Part shown: piece after piece, positions 50,946-62,019 of the stretch
Layout: each line of letters begins with the position of its first letter
Position numbering within the stretch: position 1 is the stretch's first letter
Source: Mobula hypostoma
Taxonomy: Eukaryota
DNA length: 64,000 nt
Assembly: GCF_963921235.1 (NCBI RefSeq)
Contig: NC_086100.1
Coordinates: forward strand, 178,498,001-178,562,000
Direction of reading: 5' to 3'
Translations under genes and position numbers: made by a program
The notes under the pieces: generated by a model
What the model saw: only the letters and a program-made list of their open reading frames with translations
What the model was told of the DNA's origin: nothing
Databases searched by the model: none

Positions 50946-51709
50946 TGAGAAAGTACAGGGTTAGTGTGAATGAGTACTTGATGGCTAGTACGGACTCATT
51001 GTGTCAAAGGGCCCGTTTCCAAGCTCTATGGTTCAAAAACTCTGTAAAACACTTCTCGTAAATTTAATCAGTGTCGCCAACATACAGAAATGGTGCGACA
51101 AGACTGACTGCAAATGTGGCGAATCTGGATCAAGAACTACAAACTGCTGGAGGAACTCAGCAAGTCGAGCGGCATCCGCGGATGCAAAAAGATCTCAACC
51201 CAACACTCCAGCTATCTCTTTGCCTCAGACGATGTTGCTCGACCTGCTGAGTTCCTCCAGAAATTTGTTCTGTTTTTCATAACAAAAAAGATTTTCTTTC
51301 AAACTCAGTAATACTGTAAGACAGTAGTCTTTTCATCGAGCAGAAGGTTCAAATGCCTGAAAGTACAGACCACAAAGCTCACAAACTGCTTCTATCCCAT
51401 TCTTATAGATTCACTTTATTTGTCACACGTACATCAAAACATCGAATCATACAGTGAAGTGCATGACAATAATGAACCAATTTACCAAGAATTGTTTATA
51501 ATTTGGAGTAAGACACAAATGCTGGAGGGCCAAGACTCTTTATCAGTTAATTCTTTATTCCTCTCGGTAGTTGCTGCCTGACCTGCTGAGTTGCCGGAGC
51601 ATTTTGTGTCTGTTACTCTGGATTTTGAGAATCTGCAGAATCTCTTGCGTTTGTGAACGGTCTTTGGGAGTGGCCTTGCTGATTCAATCTATTCTCTGCT
51701 CTTTCCCAG

Positions 51710-51914
51710 TGTATGCCATGTGGTCCTGGCAATCGGGGCCAATGCTTTGGAAACAACATTTGCTGTGGGGAGGAGATTGGTTGCTACTTCGGAACTTCTG
51801 AGACAGTGCGGTGCCAGAAGGAAGTCTACCTGCCCTCACCCTGTGAACCCTCAGGCAGGGTCTGTGGCAGGAATGGCGGAAAATGTGCCACATCAGGAAT
51901 CTGCTGCACTTCTG
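51710..51914 (+). CDS. OXT: Oxytocin-family precursor, coding exon 2 (neurophysin core)
   Basis: Acceptor ttctctgctctttcccag| then CMPCGPGNRGQCFGNNICCGEEIGCYFGTSETVRCQKEVYLPSPCEPSGRVCGRNGGKCATSGICCTS; donor G|GTGAGA; phase 0 in, phase 1 out. Confidence 0.95.
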
Positions 51915-52064
51915 GTGAGAGGCTCACCCTTTATCACACACTGTTTCAAAGAACATGACAATTTCAAAACAATCTTAGCTGTCAAGTTGAAAGGAATGTA
52001 TGGTCAATTTTGTCCTACAGGTCAATCATGCTACAGATATAGCTGGGAATCGATTATATTAGAA

Positions 52065-55000
52065 CATAGAACATAGAACAGTACAGCACAATACAGGCTC
52101 TTCAGCCCATGATGTTGTGCTGACATTTTAACCTATGGAGGAGTTAGGGGAGTTCCTCAATGAATAATTTGCTTCAGTATTCATCAGTGAAGGGGACCTT
52201 GTTGAATGTGAGTTCAGCGTAGAACAGGCTGATTTGCTGGAACATGGTGATGCTCAGAAAGAGTATGTGCTGGAAGTACTGAGAATTTTATGATAGCTAA
52301 CTCCCTGGAATAAGACAGGATATACCCCAGGTTAGCATGGGAAGTGATGGAAAAGATTGTTGTGTCTTTGGCAGTGTTCTTGTCTTCATCAGCGGCTACA
52401 GGTACAGTACCAGAAGATTGGACTGTGGCAAATGTTATTCCTTTGTACAAGAAAAGTAATGGGGATAATACAGGGAATCATAGACCAGTGAGCCTTATGT
52501 CAGTGGTGCGCAAACTATTAGAGAGGATGATTAGAGACAGCTGATGAGAATTTGGAGAAGCATAATCTGATTACGGATAGTCAACATGGCTTTGTGAAGG
52601 GCAGCTCATACCTCACAGATCTGATCGATCTTTTTGATGAAGTGATAACACAAATTGATGAAGGTACAGCATTGGATATGGTGCAGAATTTTAGCAAAGC
52701 ATTTGACACGGTTCCCCATGGTAGGCTTGTTCAGAAAGTTTGGCGGCATGTGATCCAGGGTTACTTGGCTGCATGAAATGCTTGTAAATCCTGTCTCTAA
52801 GAATCTTCTCCAGATCTTTATCCTCAGTGGTCCATCATTCCTAGGTCCCTCCCTGTTACCTGTCCTGAACAAAGCAATAACAATTGTAACCCTGCAGTTT
52901 TCCAAAATCATCACCAATTGCAGAGCAATCTCTTCCTACAGCAACATAAGTGGCCCCCAGGAACTTAACTATCCAAATGATTTTCAAACGTTGGAAAACA
53001 CCCTCTTTCTTAATTTCAACACGTTCCCGCATGTTAGTCTGTTCCACACTGATCTCACAGTTATCAGGGTCCATCTCACTGGTAAATATTGAAAGGCCTG
53101 GACAGAGCATATAGAGTGTATAGAGTGGATGTGGAGAGAATGTTTTCAATAGTAGGGGAGTCTAGGACCAGAGGGCACAGCCTTAGAATACAAAGTTGTC
53201 CCTTTAGAACAGAGATAAGGAGGATTTTTTTTTTTAGCCATAAAGAGGGTGATGAATCTGTGGAATTCACTTCAACAGACAGCTCTGGAGAGTAAGTCTG
53301 GTAGAGTGGTGGAAACAGAGTCACTGCCAGTATTTACAAAGCATCCAGATGAGAACTTGAATTGCCGAGACAGAGGAGGCTACACGTCAGGTGATGGAAG
53401 ATGGGATAACACAGAAGGGTCAGTGTGGATGAGTTGGGCCAAATGGCCGACTTCCATGCTATATGACTCTGTGACTAGTCACATAATGGATAGATAAGTC
53501 ATCTGTTGGCCATGGCACTGACCCAGTACCAGGGCTATCTGAACAAGTACATGGATAAGAGTCAAAATTCATATTGAAAAGTCAAAAATCAAAGTTAAGT
53601 TTATTATCAAATTATGTATATGTCATCATACACCACCCTGAGATTCATTTTCTTGCAGGCATTTAAAGGAAAATAAAGAAATACATCAGAATTAATGGAA
53701 ATCTATACATAAACATCAACTGATGTGCAAAATAATTTCCCTATTGAAGATTTTGCAGGGGCTGTGAACTGGAGCCCCAGGTCAGTAAGGGAAGGATCAG
53801 ATCAGAAGGTAGATCTCAGGGAAAGCATTGAAAGGGAAAATCGAAATAGCAGGTATGATGGGTCGGATAGTTTGAAGTGTGCATATTTCAATTCTAGGCA
53901 TATTAAGGGTCAGGGTGATGAACTGAGACCATGCATCAGTACATGAAACTACAATATTGTAGAAATTACTGAAACTTGGTTGAGAGAGGGGCAGGAGTGG
54001 GTGATTAATGTACCAGGTTTTTGAAGTTTTAGAAAAGATAGAGGAGAAGGAAAAGGGGAGGAGTGGTTAGTTGCACTACTATTCAGAGAAAATATCACAG
54101 CTGCACTTAGATGAGACATAATGGAGGGGTGAGACACTGAGTTCATTTGGAGGAAACTCAGGACTAAGAAGGGTGCAATCATGTTGATGGGACTGTACGA
54201 CGTACCCCTAATCACCACTGGGACACTGAGGAACAGATGATATAATCAGATTAAAGAAAGGCATAAAAATAATAGGGTTGTTGTCATGGGGGATTTCAAC
54301 TTACCTGAAGACACACACACAGCAATTCAGGAACAGCTTCTTCCTCTCTGCTATCCAATTCCTAAATGGACATTGAACCTATGAACACTAATTCACTTGC
54401 ACGATCTTTAATCTATTCAATATGCGTATACTGTAATTGATTTACTTACTTTTTTCCTTCTTCTTCTTCGTCTATATTATGTATTGCATTGAACTGCTGC
54501 TGCTAAGTTAATAAATTTCACGACACGTGCTGGTGATAATACTCCTGATTCTGATAAACTGGGACATGTTTTATGTAGGGGATTGAGATGGGGCAGAATT
54601 TGTTAAGTGTATCCAGGAGGATTTTAAATCAACATGTGAATAGTCCAACAAGAAGAGGGCCAAATTGGACCTGGTTTTCATTCATGAGCTTGGCCAGATA
54701 ACAGACCTTTCTGTGGGTGAACAGTTAGAGAACAGTCTGACCACAGCACTTTAACTTAGGCCTCGTGGGAGAATTTTAAGTTGGAGTTGAGCAAATGATG
54801 AGTGTATTAGGCAGGAACTAAATGTTGATTGTGAACTCTATTTCTCTGGCAAGTCCACATCAGACATGTGGAGGGTGTTCAAAGATCAATTGCACAGAGT
54901 AGCAGAAGGGTACGTTCCTGTTAAAAGGAAGGATGGGGATGGAAAGATAAAAGAACCTTGGATGTCCAGAGAGGCGATGAATTTAGTCAAGAATAAAAAG

Positions 55001-56780
55001 GAAAAATATGTAAAGCTTTCGAAGTTAGGATCAAAGGAAGCACATGATAAGTATAAAGAAGCCAGAAAAGAACTAAAGAAAAGTCCTTGGCAAGTCGGAT
55101 TAAGATGAATCCCAAGGTATTCTATATATACATCAGAGGAAGAGTGTTGGCCAGAAGAAACTACAGTATGATCAAGAACAGGGGAAGCAGACAAGCCATT
55201 TATCCTTGTTTCTCCTCCTGCCACATTCTGTGGACTCGGAACTGATTCTTGTTCTTGGTTAATCTAATCAGAACAACTGATTGTGGACACAGGAAGCTTC
55301 AGGTAATGACCGTAATGTGTATTGAAGAGCCTCGTAAAGAGTATTGAAGTGTATGTTCCCAGGGCCTGATGGAATTCACCCCAGGTTATTAAAGGAGGCA
55401 AGAAATGAGATTGCTGGGCCTTTGACCAGTATCTTTGTGTCCACTTGAGCCACAGGCGAGGTCCTGGAGGACTGACAAGTGTCTAACGTTGTACCTTTAT
55501 TTATGAAGGGAACATGGAAAATTCCTGGAAATATAGTCCAGTGAATCTCATGTCAGTTGCAGGGAAATTGCTGGAGAATATTCTTAGCAATAGGATTGTG
55601 AGCATCTAAAAACACATGGCCTAATTAAGGAAGCCAGCACAGCGTTCTGCATGTCAGGTCATGCCTGACCAAATTAATTGAGTTTTTTGACAAGGTGATG
55701 AGGGTAGGGTAGTGGATGTTATCTACATGGATTTCAGCAGGGCATTTAACAAAGTCTCTCATGGGAGGGTAATCGAGGAGATTAAGATGCATGGGACCTG
55801 CGGCGAATTGGCTGTTTGGATTCAGAACTTGCTTGCGCATAGAAGACAGAGGGTGGTGTTTGAGGGGACTTACTCAAGCTGGAGGTCTGTAATTAGTAGA
55901 GTTCCGCAGGGATCTGTGCTGGGACCTCTGCTGTTTGCTATGTATGTAGATGACCTGGATGAAAATGTACTTGGCTTGGTTCGTAAATTTGCGATGACAC
56001 CAAGACTGGTGGATTTGTGGATAGTGTAGAAGACTGGTAAAGAATACAGCACGATAAAGAGCAGTTGCAGATATGGGCTGAGAAATGGCAGTTGGAGTAC
56101 CCAGGTAAATGTGTGGTGTTGCAACTCATTAGGGCAAATGCAAGGAGAGAGTGTAGTGTTAAGGGCAAGATTCTTAACAGTGTTGCTGAGTAGAGTGATC
56201 TTGGAATCCAAATTCATAGCTCCATGAAGGTGGCTACATGGGTCAAAAAGATGGTTAAGAAGGCTTCCTTTCATTAGTTGAGGCATTGAGTGTTGGCGCG
56301 TGGCCAAGTGGTTAAGGCATTGGTCTGGTAATCTGAAGGTTGCTGGTTCGAGCCTCAGCTATGGTAGCATATTGTGTCCTTGAGCAAGGCACTTAACCAC
56401 ACATTGCCCTGCGACGACACCGGTCCCAAGCTATATCGACCCTGCTGCCTTTCCCTTGGACAACATTGGTGGCGTGGAGAGGGGAGACTGCCGGTCTTCC
56501 ATACAACCTTGCCCAGGCCTGTGCCCTGGAAACCTTCCAAGGCGCAAATCCATGGTCTCACAAGACTAACGGATGCCTATATATGAGTGCAAAAGTCAGG
56601 AGGTTATTTTGCAAATTTAAAAAACTCTGGTTAGGCTACGTATAAGGCAAATACCTTCAAGGCACATGGATATAAGGAATATGATGAGATATAGACATGG
56701 TGCAGGTTGGAGCGATGAGTATTTGGGTGCCTTTGATTTGCTATTTAGCAGGTTTGGGGCTGAATGGCCTGTTCCCATGC
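52065..56780 (+). mobile_element. Cluster of decayed CR1 fragments with inserted Rex1 tail and SINE (intron 2 of the oxytocin-family gene)
   Basis: VPEDWTVANVIPLYKK, FSKAFD, LKCAYFNSR, VPQGSVLGP and CR1 tail ttctatgttctat. Confidence 0.75.
56293..56583 (+). mobile_element. tRNA-derived SINE
   Basis: A box TGGCCAAGTGG, B box GGTTCGAGCC, core gtgtccttgagcaaggcacttaacc; TGAGTG duplication at 56287-56292 and 56584-56589. Confidence 0.85.
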
Positions 56781-57273
56781 TGTACTGTTCTATGTTCTAT
56801 CTGCTTTCAGACGATTTAAACAGAAGCTGCGTTATCTGACTAAAACTAATTTAAATCATAGCAATGTTGTCTCCTGAGACATGGAACTGGAATTATTATC
56901 CATTTTAGATTAGTGAATAATCTAATTAGTGAAATAGAACAGAGAATGCAGGAAATACTTGGCCACTTGGGCAGCAACCACAGAGAAACTACTAACACTT
57001 CAGGTCCATGTCTTTTTCCTCACAACAGGGAAAAGTGACAGTAAATGTTTGACCATAGCTCTGAGCCAGCACTGACCGCCTGGGCGAAGTGGCCTCATTT
57101 GAGATCATAAGCAATTATGAGAATGAGACCGTCTGACTTCAAATCCCAAAGTATCCTGCAGTCTCATTCTCGCAGTTCCTCCAGCTGAGTGAAGATGATG
57201 TAGTTATTGGAGATGGTTTATGATGGTGTATGTCAATTACAATAATGGCATTTGTGCTGTTCATTTATTACAG

Positions 57274-57347
57274 ACAGCTGCACCATGGATCCCACATGTG
57301 ACACCAGGAATATCTTCTCCTCAAGTTCAGGTGCACTTCTGGGTTAA
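57274..57347 (+). CDS. OXT: Oxytocin-family precursor, coding exon 3 (neurophysin C-terminus, no copeptin)
   Basis: Acceptor tcatttattacag|; the phase-1 join gives DSCTMDPTCDTRNIFSSSSGALLG* (TAA 57345-57347) and supplies the last 2 of the 14 neurophysin cysteines. Too short to appear in the ORF track. Confidence 0.9.
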
Positions 57348-57532
57348 ATCTGATCAATAGCACAAGATCAGAAACCCAGAGTCACTACCGAAAGATCCAG
57401 CCAATAATTGTTCAACACTACCTGTTTTTAATGCTGAGTAGATAAAAATTACAGAATGTAAAGATCTTCAAACTTGTATAGGTGTGTGTTAAAGAAATGT
57501 GAAATAGTGCAACACTTGTAAGAATAATTAAC

Positions 57533-57538
57533 AATAAA
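57533..57538 (+). terminator. Polyadenylation signal of the oxytocin-family gene
   Basis: AATAAA about 185 nt after the stop codon, followed by T-rich sequence. Confidence 0.7.
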
Positions 57539-57704
57539 TGAAACACACAAAAGGACTTGCTCTTCATTAGTTTTTATTGTAAGACTGGATGTGGTTACTA
57601 CTGATATTGGCAATATTTATTCTCCATACTTAATGTCTGTGCTCTTGAGTTTGTTCCCATTAAACACAGCATTATTTTAAAAAATTAATATTAGACTTCT
57701 ACAC

Positions 57705-59270
57705 TATATAAGAGCATAAGACATGGGAGCAGAATTAGGCCATCTGGCCAATTGAGTCTGCTCCGCCATTCAATCATGGTTGATCCTTCTTAAAAATTTC
57801 CTCCTCAACCCCAGTTCCCAGCCTTCTCCCCGTAACCTTTGATGTCATGTCCAATAAAGAACCTATCAATCTCTGTCTTAAATACACCCAACGACCTGGC
57901 CTCCACAGCTGCATGTGGCAACAAATTGAACAAATTCACCACCCTCTGGCTAAAGAAATTTCTCCGCATCTCTGTTTTGAATGGATGCCCTCTATCCTGA
58001 GGCTGCGCCCTCTTGTCCTAGACTCTCCCACCATGGGAAACATCCTTTCCACATCTACTCTGTCTAGGTCTTCCAAAATTAGAAAGGTTTCAATGAGATC
58101 CCTTCATCCTTCTAAATTCCAGCGAGTATAGACCCAGAGCCATTAGACGTTCCTTGTATGATAACCCTTTCATTCCCGGAATCATCCTTGTGAACCTCCT
58201 CTGGACCCTCTCCAATGCCAGCACATCTTTTATAAGATGAGGGGTCCAAAACTGATCACAGTGCTCAAAGTGAGACCTCACCAGAGCCTTATAAAGCCTC
58301 AGCATCACATCCTTGCTCTGGTATTGTTGACCTCTTGAAATGAATGCTACCATGGCATTTGCATTCCTCACCAGTGACTCAACCTGCAAGTTAACTTTTA
58401 GGGTGTTCTGCACAAGGACTCCCAAGTCCCTCTGTATCTCAGATTCCTGGATCTTCTCCCCGCTTAGAAAATAGTCTGCAGATTTATCTCCATGCATTTT
58501 CCAACGTTGTATTTCATTTGCCACTTCCTTGTCCATTCTCCTAATCTGTCTAAGTTCTTCTGCATCCTACCTGTTTCCTCAACACTACCTGTCCCTCCAC
58601 TAATCTTTGTATCATCTGAAAACTTGGCAACAAAGCCATCTATTCCATCATCTAAGTTATTTATATACAGCTTAAAAAGAAGTGGTTCTAACACTGACCT
58701 TTGCGGAACACCACTAGTCACTGGCAACCAACCAGAAAAGAATCCTTTTATTCCCACTCGCTGCCTCCTACCAATCAGTCAATGCTCTAAGCATGTTAGT
58801 AACTTTCCTGTAATACCATGGGCTCTTAACTTGATAAGTGTTCGCGTGTGGCCAAGAGGTTAAGGTGTTTGTCTAGTGATTTGAACGCCGTTAGTTCGAG
58901 CCTTGGCTGAGGCAGTGAGTGTGTCCTTGAGCAAGGTACTTAACCACACATTGCTCTGTGACAACACTGGTGCCAAGCTGTATGGGTCCTAATGCCCTTC
59001 CCTTGGACAACATCTGTGGCGTAGAGAGGGGAGACTTGCAGCATGGGCAACTGCTGATCTTTCATAAAGTCTTGCCCAGGCCTGCACCCTGGAAACCTTC
59101 CAAGGCACAAATCCATGGTCTCATGGGACTAACGGATGCCTATAAAAATAAGTTGGTAAGCAGCCTCATGTGTGGCATCTTGTCAAAGTCCTTCTGAAAA
59201 TCCAGATATACAACATCCACTACAACCCCTTTATCTATCCTACTTGTAATCTCCTCAAGGATTTCCAACA
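57705..59270 (-). mobile_element. CR1 LINE fragment interrupted by a SINE
   Basis: SGVPQRSVL, KFSDD, ERVQRRFTRMIPG; 3' UTR. Confidence 0.85.
58839..59149 (+). mobile_element. tRNA-derived SINE (same family as 56293-56583)
   Basis: A/B boxes, shared core and tail ccatggtctca..actaacggatgccta; diverged ~11-bp flanking duplication. Confidence 0.85.
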
Positions 59271-59589
59271 GAATTATGAGAATTATTAATAGAATAAGCT
59301 AAAAGACTAAGCTCAGAGTTGGGGTGCTAGCTGATGATTGACTTAATTTTGAAAAAATTAAAGTGTCTATTAATCACTGATTGAAGCATCATGGAAGATT
59401 GAAGATTGTTACCATCCAGTCTTTAGATGATTGTAGATCTCTGGGCAATTCCTATTCTACAACACAAGATCAGAAAAATTCATTTGTTACCTAAAGCTTG
59501 GTGCCTTCAAAAGTGGAATACAATCAACTTGAAAGTTGAATAGGATAGAAACCATGATTCATAAAGGTTTCGAAATGAGAGGAAATTGA

Positions 59590-60640
59590 CTGGGGCACGA
59601 CTGCGCAAGCACGTGGACGTCAGCTAGTGAGAACAGCAAGAAGAGTTTAAAAGTGTGAAGAGTTTAAAAGGAAATGGTTATTTCCAACTGTGGTAAGACT
59701 GCTGAATGGATCCTGACCCAGAAGTGGGCCGTACCCTCCAAACATCCGGACCTGCCTCTCGGTTTTTTATCCACTACCTTACTTTTCATTTTTCTATATT
59801 CTATTTATGATTTATAATTTAAATTTTTAATATTTACTAATTTTTTACTATTTTTAATATTTTAATATTTAATATTTGTAATCCAGGGAGCGGGAAGCTC
59901 AGAATCAAATATCGCTGTGATGATTGTACATTCTAGTATCAATTGTTTGGCGACAATAGAGTATAAAGTATTTCTTCAGCGGTTTGATCGGGGCACGACC
60001 TCACAAGTGCATGGACGTCAGCCAGTGAGAACAGCGAGAAGAGTTTAAAAGGAGACAGCTTTATAGAGCGGGTGCCAGAGGAGCGGGCGACAGAGTAGAG
60101 GGAGACAGAGTAGGAAGGGTTTGGCTCAACGGGGCTTAGTCGTTAACAGGTCGAGGTGAGGTAGGTTATCTGTGTACATTACAGACAGGAAGAATATATG
60201 TGAGGCCAGTGTTCTGTGTTCGGTGTCAGATGTGGGAGCTCCCAGACTCCTGGACGGCCACATCTGTGCCAGGTGCGTCGAGCTGCAGCTCCTTAGGGAC
60301 TGCGTTAGGGAACTGGAGCTGCAGCTCGATGACCCTCCTCTAGTCAGGGAAAGTGAGGAGGTGATAGAGAGGAGCTATAGGCAGGTAGTCACACCGGGAC
60401 CTGGGGAGACAGATAAGTAGGTAACAGTCAGGAGAGGGAAGGGCAGGAGTCAGAGGCTAGAGAGCACCCCTGTGGCTGTACCCTTTGACAATAAGTACTC
60501 CTGTCTGAGTACTGTTGGGAGGGACAGCCTACCTGGGGGAAGCAACAGTGGCCGTGCCTCTGGCACAGAGTCTGGCCCTATGGCTCAGAAGGGTAGGGAA
60601 AGGAAAAGGAAGAGGATGGCAGCAGTGATAGGGGACTCCC
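59590..60640 (+). mobile_element. CR1 5' region (duplicated 5' UTR motif, ORF1 zinc finger to esterase start)
   Basis: ggggcacgac..ggacgtcagc.agtgagaacagc..aagagtttaaaag occurs twice (~59591, ~59990); HICARCVELQLL...SYRQVVTP; VIGDS. Confidence 0.7.
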
Positions 60641-60829
60641 CTCCCTGAATCACAATATATAGGAAGATAACCAACCGAAACCTAATACAGCAGCTCAGGG
60701 AAAGCAACTTTGATTTCCTTGTCACAGGTAAATCTGAGTTTTCTGAGTCTTTCATTCTTTCTGAAATAATTATTGTCAAACTTAAATTTGACTTTAATTC
60801 ATAGGAATAAGTTTATTTACACTCTGTTA

Positions 60830-61137
60830 ATAACGTCATAGATGAATTATTTAACTTTTTTTTCACAAGGTAACGAGAGAGTTTGATGAGGGTGGGGGGA
60901 GGGAGGGGAGGGTGGGAACGTTGACTCAGACCATGAGAGGCCTGCATCAGGCATTTGCATGCCTTACAAGGCGCAGGTTGGAAGTCTGTGTGGGGCGCCA
61001 CTCCTCACACAGACTAGAGCAATGTGTGATTAAGTGCCTTGCTCAAGGGCACAAACACACTGCCACAGCTGAGGCTCGAACTAGCGACCTTGAGGTAACT
61101 AGACAAATGCCTTAACCACTTGGCCACGTGCCCAACA
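60830..61137 (-). mobile_element. tRNA-derived SINE (related head)
   Basis: Minus strand gtggccaagtggttaaggc...agttcgagcctcagc...ttgagcaaggcacttaa. Confidence 0.75.
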
Positions 61138-61229
61138 CAAAGGTAGGGAGTGGATGTATCTACATGGATTTTAGTAAGGCGTTGGGCAAAGTCCTTCATG
61201 GGAGGCTAATCCAGAAGATTAAGGTGCAT

Positions 61230-62010
61230 GGGGCCTTCCTTATTTCAGTCTCTAACCTTATCACTGAGTCCATGGAATTCCTTCCCTTTCTAAAACCACT
61301 CTGATAACTTGCCAGCATTCCCCTCTTCTCAAACTCATACGATAACCTTTCTGTTATCATCCTTTCTATTATCCTACATATATTTGATGTTAATGCTATT
61401 GGTCTGTAGCCAGTGGGTTTTGATGGATCCTTGCTAGGTTTCCTTATTGGAATTACTACTGCTTCTTTCCATGCACTTGGTAATCTTCCCTCCTCCCACA
61501 CTCTGTTATAAAAATGCAGCAACTTCAAGAGCGCTCCTTCTCCTAGATTTTTTAGCATCACAGAGCATATCAGATCTTTCCCTGGGGAGGTTGGTCTCAA
61601 TCTCTCTATTGCTCTCACCATTTCTGCTATTGTAAATGGATCATCAATTATATTATCTGTTCCTTCCCTTCTGTTTAACACACCTGGGTGTTGACTCATT
61701 GTTCTTTCCCTTCTCCTTCTCTCTTCTTCAGACAAATTTTCTGAACTGTGTGCCTGTACAAATGACTTGGCCATAATCTCAGCCTTATCCCTACTGGAGA
61801 CTGCCATTTCCTCCTCAGATATCATTACTGGATATTCCCATTCCCTCCTATCTCCTCCCATCCTCTTAATCATTCCCCTTACCTCTCCCACAGGTATTGT
61901 TCTTCCTATTTTGTTGCAAAAACTCCTTCAGCTTGCCCTTTTAGCTTGACGTATAGTTCTTCTCACCACTGCCTATGCTTTCTTATATTGAACCAAATGC
62001 TGCATATTAT
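61230..62010 (-). mobile_element. I/Nimb-like LINE RT fragment
   Basis: WKEAVVIPIRKP.KDPSKP..YRPIALTS...ERMI..RL...QSGFRKGR. Confidence 0.65.
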
Positions 62011-62019
62011 GGATTAACC

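Noticed and set aside
56293-56365. tRNA gene (also at ~58840 and ~61070-61137)
   Set aside because: The A and B boxes continue into a shared SINE body with flanking duplications; no convincing acceptor stem.
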